NCBI GenBank assembly: GCA_001949185.1
Contig: BDGG01000001.1
Location: forward strand, 4,267,624 to 4,331,623
DNA: 64,000 bases
Direction of reading: 5' to 3'
Source of the DNA: Ramazzottius varieornatus
Taxonomy: Eukaryota; Animalia; Tardigrada
Below the pieces are notes generated by a model. It did not search any database. It was given only the letters and a program-made list of their open reading frames with translations, and was not told where the DNA came from. The translations under genes and the position numbers were made by a program. This document shows, piece by piece, positions 40,457 through 51,775 of this stretch; the stretch's first letter is position 1; each line of letters starts with the position of its first letter.

Positions 40457-43400
40457 ATGCCCAACTTCTTCGAAATGGTGGCAGAGATGGAGCGTCAGGC
40501 GGAGCGTCGACCTATCGACGAGATGGAGGAAGGACCAACGGGACGAGGCGCTCACGATCCACTTCCGGGACATCACGAACACTGCTTAGCTTGCTTCACC
40601 AGTTCCTGCCAAGGATCGAAGACCAAGTACGCATGTTCCATGATCGAATGTATCAAGTGCAAGATCTCCCTCCATGCCTGTAAGCTGCAGGAACACTGGG
40701 AAGAGATTTGTCCGGATCACTCCGTAAGTCATTACGCTGTAGTCGACGTCGATCGCTTACGGCTTACTTGTTGCGTGCACACAGCCCGAACATGTTGATT
40801 ACCATAGTGTTTATGTACCTAAATGCCAAGACTTCTGTCTTCTGTTGACAGGTGCCTTGCCTCAACGCTGGAAACGGCTGCAGTCTGCTGCTGCGAAGAA
40901 GGCTCTTGGGCGTCCACTTAGAACGCTGTCCAGCAAGTACGTCTGAGAGCGCGAATTCGAACGGCATTTTGTTGCTTCGATCAAATCAGTCTTTGTGTAT
41001 TTTTCTGAATTTCCACGGACTGCGATTGACGGTGATGGCAGCAGGAGATTCTTGGGTCGTCGTGAGAAATATCACGTTTGTTGTTTTTCCTTCGCAGGTG
41101 TAGTCTTCTGTTCGGTGGAATGGAATCGTTGGCCTCTTCACTACGTCGACAAGCACTCACCCATCCCGTTCTTTCTTCCGAATCCCCAAGGCTATCCGGA
41201 ACAACTAGACATCGCTCTAGCCTTACGTGATCAAACGATGCTCAATGCTGCTTACGAAGCCCCGAAGAGGTTCCGTCGTTTGCGCAACGAGCTCACCGAG
41301 CGCTTTCCGGCCGTGCCTCTACCCACTCTGCGTCAAGTTCCAGCGGCCTTGCTCAAAGAACGCGAACAGCTGGCTTCGGTGCCTTCAAACGGATCTCACT
41401 TGAGTCGTGACGTCTCAGTCGACTCCGATTCTCAATCGAATGCAGCTTCCGAAGAAGATATCAGCTGGTCTGATTCCCCGTGGCAGAAGAGAAGGAACCC
41501 GCCCGGGCTGTCGAGAAGTTTGTGTTCGAAGTTGTACCAGGCGAGTAGACAGACTACGGAATCGTTGAAAGCGGCGTTGCAGATGATCACGGAAGGGCAT
41601 GATGGAATGGGGGACTTTGATAGTTTGAGGGATGAGGAAAGTCTCGGTGATAACTTGATGGACGACCAAGAGGACAACCTGGCAGACTCAATGCAGTCTG
41701 CGTTAGGGAACTTCGCCACTGACTTCCCGCCAAGTAGAAACTCTGACAATGAGATGAGCGAAATCGATTTCGAGAAGCACGAATATGAACAGATGGTCAC
41801 CGGGGACCTTAACAATCGCGCTCTACCGCCACCGCCGCCGCCGCCACTTCATGCGCCGATTTCCCTGGGTGTGAACGTCGTGGTGGAGACCATTACCAGG
41901 TGAGCACTTCCGGTTAATTGCTTCTGTCACTGCGTAATGGTCGAACATTACTAACGTTTGGTTAATCTACAGGTACCAGACAAAGCCGAAATCGATGCTG
42001 ACGTTCGTTTGTGGACAGTCCTTTCGACGCAGTGAGTATGGAAGCCACTACAAGAATGTTCACAGTGAGATTCAGGGCGGCCTAACCTGGTATGTTTTCG
42101 TTTGTACAACGTGAACTACACCCTGCGGGCGTCAACTGGCTATCACCTATGATATCAAGTTTCTCTCGACCCGATTCTTGTTCAACTTTGAAATAGATTT
42201 TCCTCAATCCAAGATCCGGTTTGCTACCTCGTGGAAAATTACTGGTCGAAAATCTGTTTGCAGAAAGTCGAAATCGAAAGTAAACTATGAGTGGCGCGAA
42301 GTGAAAAATTACAATAGCTTTCGCAAAATTTTAACCGTTTTCAGAAATTATTTTTTTCGTTCTGTTGCTAGAAATAATAAGAACGGGAACTGAGCTGCAG
42401 CAAAGTGGGGGGAGAACATGGTTTTGACGTTTTGGATAAAATCTGGAAAATTTTCCACCAGGCGAGGTTTCCCGCCAAAATGGGAAAGTTTGGCGGTTTT
42501 AATTCTGCTACCGAGTTAGTTCGGAATTTTCTTGCTCTTTCTCCATTCTTTCTGACCATCAATATAAGAGTGAGTTTGTTTTGCCTAAATTTGGGATCGA
42601 GAGCTCAACCTGGAATTTTGAAGACTGCATTTGACTTGCAGTGGTAAGTCTTTCCCACCAGAAGTCATACTAGTCAGTTTTTCCAACCTATTTCCCGAAA
42701 CAACAAAATGCATCATAGGACAGTCGAAGCATCTTTAAAAGTTGTACGGAAGTGTGTAAGCATGAGTGGTAAGGTGGTAGTCTGAATTTCTCCTGGCCGA
42801 AATGCTAGGTGGTAGCAAGTTGGTGCACTCAGGGTGTAAGTTGAAGTATGATGTAGTTTCGGAGCCAGAATAAACTTTTTTTCATGCAGGATGGAACAAC
42901 GGTGTCCGTTGGCGCAGTACGGATGTCCCTTCTCTCTTCGTCGTATCAACCCGGCAACACCGGGCGCCTCCATCATGCACTCTTCGGACCTTCAGAGTTT
43001 CGCAGTGAGGCAGACACAAAAAGGGTTACCGAATTACTCGGGAGAGGACCTTCTTTCACGTCTACCCGATGAACTGCTATACCGTATAGGAACGAAGTTG
43101 GACGGTACTACTAACTAGTAGTATTAACTAGTTTGAAATTGGTCGTGCTTGTGAAGCATCCATAGCGCTGTTTTGTAAATAAGGAAGCGAACGACTCGAT
43201 TGCCAAAAGATGTTTGTTGACAGGATTTGCCTTGAACAATCTTGCCAGAACAAGCCGGAGACTCCGAGGTGCCGCGCTAAACCTGCTGGAAGAGAAGGGA
43301 ATGGTGCTCCAGGAGTGGAGCAAAGTCGGTCGCGGCAAGTGGAGGATCGAATTCCAGGTAAGTGAACAAGCGGGCTGTTCGGGGGCATATGTGAGACAAC

Positions 43401-43722
43401 AGGCCAGAGCAAGTGGCTGATGGGGGTTATTTGATAACAGAGGTGGATGTACAGTACGGCTTTCGATGAAGTGGAAGCATGGAAGATGGCCGGAGGTACA
43501 ACAGGGGAACATTTGCGGCAATGCCCGTTCTTCCGCTCCGTCAGGCATGAAAAACCGGTCGAGCTACCAATCCCTAGTGTGAAGAATGTCTCGGAAGAAC
43601 TGTTGGCCCGGATGTACCGGGGGGCAGCTGTTCCTTTCAGTGAGAAGGTTGAACTGGTCGAACTTGCCGCGGGCTTTCCCCATCACGCGAATGCAGAAAT
43701 GAGCAATGCAGAGCAGGAATAG
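40457..43722 (+). CDS. F-box only protein 30/40-like (TRAF-type zinc finger + F-box)
   Basis: HEHCLAC...LHACKLQEH...CP, VPCLNAGNGC...HLERCPAS-VVFCSVEWNRWP, FVCGQSFRRSEYGSHYKNVHSEI, EQRCPLAQYGCPFS, F-box LSRLPDELL...LDGFALNNL, and EHLRQCPF. Confidence 0.88.
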
Positions 43723-43959
43723 GTTTTGTACCGGATATATACACATTTGAGAGTTGTGATTTTTCATGTTTTATACGGAACGTGTTCGAAATTGTGAGTC
43801 TGGTCTACGAGTTTTCGTGTTCTAAACACTACCTTTTACCTGGTTGCAGAAAGACGAATCTTTTCAAAATTTCAAGTTGAAACTACAGTAGCTGAGTTCT
43901 TTTTCGTACTTAGATATGCTTCGTGGGTCAGCCGAATCACTTCCTCGTCTTCGATCTTG

Positions 43960-44362
43960 TTAATACTTCTCAGACTTTTCCCCAAGCACGGTGGTCAAAT
44001 CCTCATCCAGTGCCAGCAGAAAAATAAAAATGAAGTGTAGTCCAAAGCTAGGCCGACAACATATGTCAAACGTCGTGCTCATCCCAGAAGCTGTAGAGGA
44101 AGCAGTCTTTGTTGCCCTCCCAAGAGATTGCTGGGCTGACTTTCCAGTTTGTTAATCTAAAAATACAACCAAAATTAATTGTCACGAAATTGATGATACA
44201 TCCACGTATCGACTCGCATTAACTTGAGTTCTTACCCGGCCACGAAGATATACAATTTCCGCGGTCCGAACAGGGTGCGCTAGAAAGAACTAGATCAGGG
44301 TACCTATGCTGATTAGCTTCTCGTTGGGGGCTAGCCGTTTCTTGGCTAGTTTGAAGATGGCC
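43960..44362 (-). pseudogene. SID-1 pseudogene fragment (last two exons)
   Basis: LTNWKVSPAISWEGNKDCFLYSFWDEHDV*HMLSA (TGA at 44068-44066 replaces W), a frameshift, then FGLHFIFIFLLALDEDL. The upstream exon ...KKRLAPNEKL..SIGTLI*FFLAHP..FVAG has a stop and indels. It has the same intron as copies B and C. Confidence 0.88.
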
Positions 44363-44952
44363 CTACAAAGAAGAACTATACACCAAAGAGAATTTCAATG
44401 TACTATCTTGATAAGCAACTGAACCATATGTTCGTAATTATGGTTAAGTTGGGCAAACTGGTATCGTCGGAACGCATCGACGTCGCGTGACGTCGATTCA
44501 AGTAAGCTCTGTTTCACCAACGACAGAGCGCAAGACTTTCCAAACGGTGAGCCTTCTGCAGACGATTTCTGCCTAGATTTTCCAGTAACCGCTCGTCCCC
44601 GATGTACCGGGAGGCAGTACTCGGTAGTTCCTGCTGACGAGAAGGTTGAACTTAGCGGAACTTGCTTCTCGAATGCAGAAATGCACAATGCCCGGCGGGA
44701 ACATGCTTCTCTGGCTCTGTCTGTATGCAGAAGATGTGATTTTCAGGTTTTCAGGTTTCATTATGGAAGACGCTATGAGTTTTGGATGTGGTTTACAGTA
44801 CAAGCTTTTGTGTTTCAAAGAATCATGTGTCCGCCCGTTGTTTCAAAAATGTTTGGAGAATATTTTCAACATTCAGTAATCGGGACTAGCTGATTTCTTT
44901 TGCAATTCAGGTCTTTCGGGGTCGTAAGAACAAGATCTCAGAAGTCGATCGT

Positions 44953-47796
44953 TCAGAACTTCTCTAGATCGTCCTTATGTAAGGTGGCTATGTCGTCGTC
45001 CAAAGTCAGCAGGAACATAAATGTAAAGTATAGCCCGAAAGCCGATAGCATATGCCAAACGTCGTGTTCATCATAGAAGTTGTAGAGGAAGCAGTCTTTG
45101 TTGCCCTCCCGCGAAATTGCCGGGCTGACTTTCCAGTCAGTCAAACTGCAATAAACCCGCCAGATGAGGATCTAATTTTTGTCATTGTATGGACGAAGGA
45201 CTCTGACTTACCCGGCCACGAAGAAGTACATTCCCGCAATCCACGCGGGCTGCGCGAGGAGGAAGTAGATCAGAGAACCTATGCTGAGCTTCTCGTTTTC
45301 CGATAGCCGTTTCTTCACCAAGTAGAAAACAGCGTAAACGAACAGGTTTCCTTGTAGTATAAAGAGCAGATGGCTAGCGAAGTCGACTCCTCCTAAAATC
45401 GGTCCAGCGACGGCGAACCCCATATTGACTGTCAAGACCAGTGTCGCGATGACATATCTACTCGATGGAACTTTGACCCATTCTTCCCGCTGAAACATTT
45501 TACACTTCGTACCTGTAGTTCAGGCACGACAGTTAATTCCGGAGTGTTTTACTTCAATTGAACAGAATACATGTCTCCCACGGTACTTACCGTGCGGGCT
45601 TCCCTTCAACGGATTTTGTGGGTTTGCATCGGCCGTGGCTTGCGGTTTAGCGTCGTCGTCGTTCTCGAATATCGTATGATGAACGATGACCAGCGTAAGA
45701 AGAATATGGATGATTGAGAAAGCAATCCAGTACCAATATTGTCTCAGTACGACTCCCAGAACAGCGATAAAGATGAATATTGCGAAAATGGAATAAGCTT
45801 TGTAGGAGCGCGGGAGTATGTTGCGGTGACGAGAGTGGCGCAGCTTCAAGATCAGAAGTCCCGAAATGAGGTACATGAAGGACGTATCAAACTGGAAATT
45901 GCTGTACGAGGGGCAGATGTGGTAGAAAGAACTCATGAGTCCCTCCATGACAAGTGCCAGTCCCATGCCATAAAGCACTCCGAACTGGTTGGGTGGGCCA
46001 TAGTCATGAATGTCGATCTGTTTCGTCAATAGCTCGTCGCCAATCACCGAGGTGAACACCGAACGCCGTCGAACTTGCAGTATAAACAGGAGTCCGAGGA
46101 TGACATAGCCCGCGTTGCTTACAACATGGTTGAAATCGCTCAGTACGCCGAGACGATTGGAACAGGAGAAGTTATAATAGCAAAGGTCTTGGTTTCCGGT
46201 GAGGAGCAGTAGTCCTTGATGGGTCAGGACAAGCTGAAGCACGGGCAAAGCGTAGAAAACGAACACGGCTATCAGTGTGGTGCCGTACTCGACCGCAACA
46301 CTTTTTCCGGATTTCACAATATCTGTCTTAGCCGAAGTCGAACGCCCTGTTTCAGTGGAGCGAGTCGGAGCTGCTTGTTCGCCACTAACGAGTCCTTCAA
46401 GGTGTAGAGCTTGACTGGAAATTGATCTTGTTGCCGCCGGTCGGTCACCTTGAATTTTCGAAGACTTACCATGCAGAGTGTCGAAATGATAGGTATGTCG
46501 GACGGGCAAGAGAAGGGGAACTTTCGTTTCCGAGTCTGGAATGTTTTTGTCTTCAGTGGCCGTCATTGCTCTTGCTTCGGTTACAGAGACAATAGAATCA
46601 TCTTTTTTTTTGTAGTTTTTTACATCCCACTGAGAAGGCAGTTCGGCACCGTTCAAGTTGTGGTCACAAAAGTAATTCAGTTTCCATTGCGTTTCTCTGT
46701 TGGGGAGCTTTATGACCAACACTTTTCGGCAAAGAATGGTTTTCCAGCAAAGAATGGCTATCCAGTTGGAGAAGGTTGTCTGCAGAAGGATCACTATAAG
46801 TAACGAGAAGGCGAGGTACACAATAATGGGGACCGCCACAGCTATGATGATGGTATCGGAATCGACCGTATCCGTGACCGTGATGCTCACAACCTTTCTT
46901 CGCTCGCTGGTTTCCACGTTTTTGTCCGTAGATGGTCGTCTGGGTCGAAAAGGTCCCAGAAAGGTTGACCCCGCGTCCTCACAATCGTCATGGGGGTGCA
47001 CCAGCAGCACAATATAAAATTGGGACTCCTTGAAATGATCCCGATGAACCTCGATGGCGGACTTTGATGTGACCGTCTGGAAACGTCCCTCTAACCGTAG
47101 CTCTGATTCCATATCACCCACAGGACAATGTACCGACTGAAGGGAGAAATAGCCGCAGAATGACTTTCCTTCTATGGCATCCAGCTTTACCAACACTCGA
47201 ACTGAGTCTGTACGCATATTGTATTGGACATAGTGTGGAGCCGAAGGACTGGCTTCCATGATAAAAGAAATGTCACCGTCTTTGATGAAGGTATGATAAG
47301 GCTCGACCCGTAAGGAAAAGTCTATCGGCTGGGTCGACAAGGTTAGTACTTCGACGAAGAAGTTCTCCACTTCCGGTACCGGTACCTGTTCAGGAGAATC
47401 GTCCTCTGCAGCTGGTAAGAAATGGTTTCTCATAGGGCAAAGGGTGCGGTTCGTGACGAGATAGGAATAAGCGTCTTCCAGAACAAGCGGGACCTGCCAG
47501 GATAGGACGCTGTTGTGTCGTTTAACGACAACGAGAATAGGGTTGGCAACCTTCGCTCCCGAACTCCAGACTTGTACTTTAACAGCTCCGCTTTTCGTGC
47601 TTTGTCGATAACCGAAGACTGCGGCATGGCCGCTCGATACGATTTGTGAGTAGGTCCTGTTGAAGCTGGAATGGAAGGATTGTTGTACCGTTGGCCAGTC
47701 CATGGTGGGTAACGCTGGAAATTCTTGGCTGAGGTCTTCGCCATTTGTGCAGAGTAATCCGGACAACAGTAAAGCAACTTCAATTAAAATCTTCAT
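44953..47796 (-). CDS. SID-1 transmembrane family member, copy B (one ~2.2 kb exon + two 3' exons)
   Basis: Signal peptide MKILIEVALLL; VVVKRHNSVLSWQVPL, TNRTLCP, GNQDLCYYNFSC, EGLMSSFYHICPSYSNFQFDTSFM and FYDEHDVWH. Confidence 0.93.
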
Positions 47797-48313
47797 CACG
47801 TTGCACTCAAGCAAAATGAGCTGGTAATGGGCTCTCTGCCGAATGGATTTTTTCAGTCTTTTGGACTCGTCTTTGACGACTGCAGCGAGGAAACAACAAT
47901 CCGGAAGATATAACAGATACTAAGCAAACGTCCCGGCGAAAGTAAACGACCCAGCAAAGTTTCTGGGTGTGTTAATTTGAGGATAAACACGATTATCGCT
48001 TGTCCACAAAATAATCTGCCCCTTGCGGACTGGTGGTGCTCGTGGTCCGCAGAAAGCAAGTTTACATAGACATAAGGTCGCCGCAAACTGTCGCTGCTCC
48101 GTTCTTCCATCTTCAAAAATTCTTTATCTTTAAGGTGAGATAACTGTATCCGGTAACTGTTTGCTTTGAATGATTTCTGCGAGCGGCTTGGCCAACCCAA
48201 ACTGTTGTTTTATCATTGAAAGACTCGCAGAATTTAGGCTAAAAGACCTTTACTGAAATGAAATTTTGAAGAACCTGAATTGGAAAACATAATACCAGAA
48301 TTCGGTGCTCAAG

Positions 48314-51233
48314 TCAGAAAACGGTTATCTGATCTCGAGGTACGGAAGCTAGATCATCATCAAGTGTGAATAACATCATGAAGGTAAAATACAGCCCAAA
48401 GGCGGATAACATGTGCCAGACATCGTGTTCATCGTAAAAATTAAAGAAGAAGCATTCTTTGTTGCCCTCTCGAGACATTGCCGGACTGACCTCCCAGTTG
48501 GTCAACCTGCAAAATCAGAAGGTGCAGCACTCGAAGGATTTACGTATTCGAGCTACACTGTATTATGATTTCGTAATCTGACCTTGCCGTGAAGAAGTAC
48601 ATTCCAGCGATCCAGGCAGGCAGCGCGAGCAGGAAATACGATATGGTAGCCAGACTGATTTTCTCTTTGGGTTCCTGCATCTTCATGACCATGTAGAACC
48701 CAGCGTAGATCATCAAGTTCGCCTGTAGGACAAACAACAGATGGCTCGCGAAGTCTGTGGCTCGCATAACCGGTCCGATAATGGCAAATGCCATATTGAC
48801 TGAGAAGATCAGCGCAGCGAGGCAGATCCTGCTTCGAGGATACTCGCTGCATCCGGTGAAGCGGACGGACTTGAAGGCTTTGATTGGCGCACCTATTTAG
48901 AAGGTCAAAAGGCATGGCTAGTGACTGGTTGGTTGATCAGCTTGCGGACTATGTGGAACGTGGGCAGTTGGACGGAACCAGATTTTAAGTGGCGCACATC
49001 TTCATTGATATTGGCTGAGAGTGTGCGCCACCTGGAAAAAAGCGATCCCGTTAAAATCATTTGCCCGTGTGCCATGTGCTGCCCTACCGGGAGATGCTTC
49101 TAGGTATCCCACGTATAGGAGTTGGATTCCGATCACTAGGGCTAAGAGTCCGTGGATTACCGAAAAGGCTATCCAGTACCAGGCCTCTTTGAGGACGACG
49201 CCGAGTACAGCAATGAATATGATTCCGGCGAAGGTAGAGTAGGCCACAAAGGAACGCGGAAGTATGTCGGGATGGCGCGAGTGATACAGCTTCAAGATCA
49301 ATAATCCAGTGATCAAGTACATGAAGGACGTATCAAACTGGAAGTTGTTATAGCTCGGACAGACATGGTAGAAAGAACTCATGAGCCCTTCCATGATCAA
49401 GGCAAGTCCCATGCCATAGAATAGCCCGAACTGCGAAGGTATCCCATAGTAGTCCTCTGCGTCAGGAACATCCAGCCGTAACGCGGCTGTAAAGATCGCG
49501 CGTCGTCGAACTTGTAGGGTGAACAGAATACCCAAGATAATGTAGCCCGCGTTGCTGATGATATGGTTGAAATCGCTCAGAACACCGAGCCGGTTTGCAC
49601 ACGAGAAGTTGTAGAAACAGAGGTCCTCGTTACCGGTTAGGAGCAAGAGTCCTTGATGCGTCATGACCAGCTGGAGTACAGGTAAGCTGTAGAAGACGAA
49701 GATCGTCGTTAGTGTGAAACTATATTCAGTGGCTATTCTGGTCAGTTTTTCAGACGTTGTTCGGTTGATCGAAGACATCCGGAGCAATGTCGGACGACGT
49801 GGATCGATGGCTGGGTCTCGGGAACGCAAGCCGAGATCGGGAACTGCCCTGGTTTCCGGTCGACCGCTTCCACCTTCTTGCAAAGTGACCTCGGTGTCGA
49901 CTCGGGGCATATCTGTGTCTGTGAATGACAACCTCCTTTGAAGCTGCGACTCCAGATCCAAGACTCTATTCACCTCTCCATTGTCGTTGGTTTTCAGTCT
50001 TTGTCGGTTTAGGGTTTCCTGGTAAACTCTGCTCGTTGGGTAGCAAGATGGCTCCCACTGACAAGGAAGCGTCTCCCGCCGTATATTCTTGTCCCAGAAG
50101 CGTTTGAATCGCCATTGGCTCTCGCAGGTCGGAAGCTCTATCTCGTCTAGATCCCGGCACAAGATGGCTTTCCATGTCCGGAAGCCGGTCTGCAGGAGAA
50201 TCATGGCTACCACGAAGAAGACAAGGTAGACCAGAATGGGTACGATGACGGCCACCGCGATAGTTTTAGAACTGACAGTCTCGGTAACGGTAATCCTCAC
50301 GACTTTTCTTCTGGTTTTACTTGGGTCTGAGATCTCGTTAGCAGTCTGCAGGGAACGAGGTCGAAGGGAGCCCAGGATACCCTTCTTTGCGCTTTCGCAG
50401 TCGTAGTCTTGAGGCTGCACCACCACGACGATATAGAAACTTCCTTCTTTGAACCTGCCTCCTCTGTCCACTTCGATGGCTCCCTGACTTGTGATGGTTT
50501 GGAACCGTCCATCTAATCGTAGCTCTGATTCCAGGTCTCCAACGGGACAGCGTACCGATTGAATGGATAGGTAGCCACAAAAGGACTGTCCTTCTTCCGC
50601 TCTGAGCTGCACCAAAACACGCTTCGAGTCTGTACGCATATTGTACTGAACGAACTGTGGAGCCGATGGACTTGCTTCTATCAAGAAAGAAGCATCCCCG
50701 TCTTTGATGAATGTAGGGTAAGTTTCCACTCTTAAGAAAAAGTTGATTGCCGTGTCGGATAACGTAAGTACTTCGACGAAGAAGTTTTCGACCACTGGCG
50801 CAGGGAGCATACCATTGCTATCTATGACGTGGTTTCTCGAAGGGCAGAGAGTGCGGTTCGTGACGAGGTACTCGTAGTCTTCTTCGAGGATGAGAGGGAC
50901 TTGCCAGGAGAGTACGCTGCTGTGTCTTTTAACGATGACTAGAATAGGGGTTGCTATCGTGGCGGATGTGCTCCAAACCTGGACCTTCACTGCGCCACTT
51001 ACCGTATTCTGGCGGTAGGAGAACATCCGGGGACTAGCACTAGATATACTGTCTGCATATGTCTGATTGAATTCCGAATAAGTAACAGGTGGTGCCCGTG
51101 GCTGGTCTCCGCTGTAGTACGGTCGAAAGTAATTACTGCTGTACTGTCCTTTTGTGGGAAGTAAACCGAGCAGCAAAACGCAGACCGCGGGAAGGAGCCT
51201 CATCATAATTCCGGAGGGGCTCTCTAAGGCCAT
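48314..51233 (-). CDS. SID-1 transmembrane family member, copy C (one ~2.1 kb exon + two 3' exons)
   Basis: Signal peptide; VIVKRHSSVLSWQVPL, TNRTLCP, GNEDLCFYNFSC, EGLMSSFYHVCPSYNNFQFDTSFM and FYDEHDVWH. It shares nucleotide blocks with copy B. Confidence 0.93.
48979..49047. repeat. ~75 bp palindromic repeat copy (SID-1 C intron)
   Basis: CAGATTTTAAGTGGCGCAC, 25 nt spacer, GTGCGCCACCTGGAAAAAAGCGATC. Confidence 0.85.
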
Positions 51234-51775
51234 GAGCAGTAATCAAAACAACGGTTCGATTTTTGGAAGATTATGTAAAGATAATATGATTAATATGATA
51301 AATCTTTAAGATTTTCTACATTTACATGTGGTACAGTCCATGATACGGAGTGACCGTAATTTCCGAGGTGTACTACGATAACTTGAAAGAAGGCATTCGC
51401 GAATCCCATTGCAAATCCACATTGCTATCAACTTGTCAACAAAGTTATCTCTTGCAAAGCTTGCACATGTGCGAAGGTCGCGAACATGGGGGGTGAAACA
51501 TCGTCCTCGCAGGCTGTCGTCCCTTCACTCTCATAATACATGAAAGAAAAATATCCGCTAGATCCAGTGATAATCTAGCACTGCGCAAATAACAAATTTT
51601 GCATTGGCTGTACCATACTGTAAAAAATCCACCTGGGTGGAATCAACAGATTCGTCATCGAAGCCGTCATCCCGACTCGACACAACATTATCAGTCTGTT
51701 TTGACGTGTAGATATGTTGCTCGGAAGCTGATGTAAAAACATCCATAGAGCTGTCTGTTCAATTCCCTGACGAGA

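Noticed and set aside
42170-42720. AT-rich FBXO30 intron segment with hairpin CCGCCAAA...TTTGGCGG (similar GGGAAAGTTTGG motif near 820-832)
   Set aside because: It may be a repeat relic, but no TIR/TSD or Helitron CTRR end could be supported by eye.
44395-44900. Short ORFs between the SID-1 pseudogene and copy B as further SID-1 remnants
   Set aside because: Similarity to the B/C cytosolic loop is too weak to support without an alignment.
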